From assembly GCA_965203295.1 (NCBI GenBank), contig CBDBCZ010000010.1, positions 256,001 to 320,000 on the forward strand: DNA of 64,000 nt, read 5' to 3'. This DNA comes from Nitrospirales bacterium. GTDB lineage: Bacteria > Nitrospirota > Nitrospiria > Nitrospirales > UBA8639. Of this stretch, positions 63,474 to 64,000 are shown in pieces; position 1 is the stretch's first letter; each line of letters opens with the position of its first letter. The notes beneath the pieces were generated by a model, which saw only the letters and a program-made list of their open reading frames with translations, did not search any database and was not told where the DNA came from. The translations under genes and the position numbers were made by a program.

Positions 63474-64000
63474 TCATACAATATCCATATACCAGTATTC
63501 TTCATACTTGAGGATGTGCGAGAACTCTCTCTGAAGGTCACGATATGAGTTGTAAGTTGATGGTAGCTGCAGTGTAGCACCACAAGTTGAGGCAAATGGA
63601 CGTCGTGACAGTGATGCTGGCATTTGGTTGAAGCCTACTTGAATACACTTAACTGTGCAGACAGAACTACCAGTACAAAAGCGAAGAAAGCGAGAGAGAT
63701 CATCGGCTGTAAGGTCCATAATGAAGCGATGAAGAAATTCAAGGCATTGATTTTCCTGAGCGGTCACTTCCTCTGGACCTTCGATCAGGTCAGCAACCTT
63801 CTGATTCGTGGGAGTTAGTTGTGCATACAGAGCACACACACCTTGTGGTGTTACGGAATGCCATACTGATGGATGAGCTGCCAGCATTCCCTTTCTGAGC
63901 TCTGCCAAGGCATGGGCGGGCTTGTAAAAGAACTCTGTTTTTTCTACATTGATAAGTGCTCTCTTCAGCTCTTCTGCATTTTTTGGTATTGAATGGCACT
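63474..64000 (-). CDS. HECT E3 ligase C-terminal part (runs off the window)
   Basis: LSRFLRFCTGS..RRPFASTCGATLQLPSTY; possible frameshift near 63910. Confidence 0.85.
   Translation of the reverse strand, partial: CHSIPKNAEELKRALINVEKTEFFYKPAHALAELRKGMLAAHPSVWHSVTPQGVCALYAQLTPTNQKVADLIEGPEEVTAQENQCLEFLHRFIMDLTADDLSRFLRFCTGSSVCTVKCIQVGFNQMPASLSRRPFASTCGATLQLPSTYNSYRDLQREFSHILKYEEYWYMDIV

Overview
Eukaryotic, intron-rich DNA. A demosponge-like invertebrate is inferred from the ~50-80 bp GT-AG introns, TAGTCTCG/TAGCCTCG-ended miniature elements and Pelle/IRAK-like kinases. The window is almost entirely nested transposons. It holds a Gypsy LTR element split by an AcademH element (9-bp TSD), piggyBac elements and MITEs, a Zator element inside a PHD-gene-carrying TIR element, an Ngaro/DIRS tyrosine-recombinase retroelement, a Kolobok-type MITE and a LINE remnant. 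The most interesting content is a cluster of IS3EU-like (integrase-core DDE) elements that carry signalling cargo genes facing the transposase. (i) A 14.7-kb element (16307-30963, 6-bp TSD TAAATT) has ~830-bp TIRs that contain the first coding exon of both its genes. Its HECT E3 ligase and its transposase therefore start with the same peptide followed by paralogous SAM domains; a clean internal 3.66-kb inversion hides this layout. (ii) Three intron-rich transposase genes each lie tail-to-tail with a Pelle/IRAK-like kinase gene, and a fourth, apparently intact Ig-like + kinase gene lies next to them; the two kinases that retain the catalytic Asp are non-RD. Everything was read by eye. Exon boundaries are approximate and family names rest on recalled motifs and terminus/TSD rules, not on database searches.
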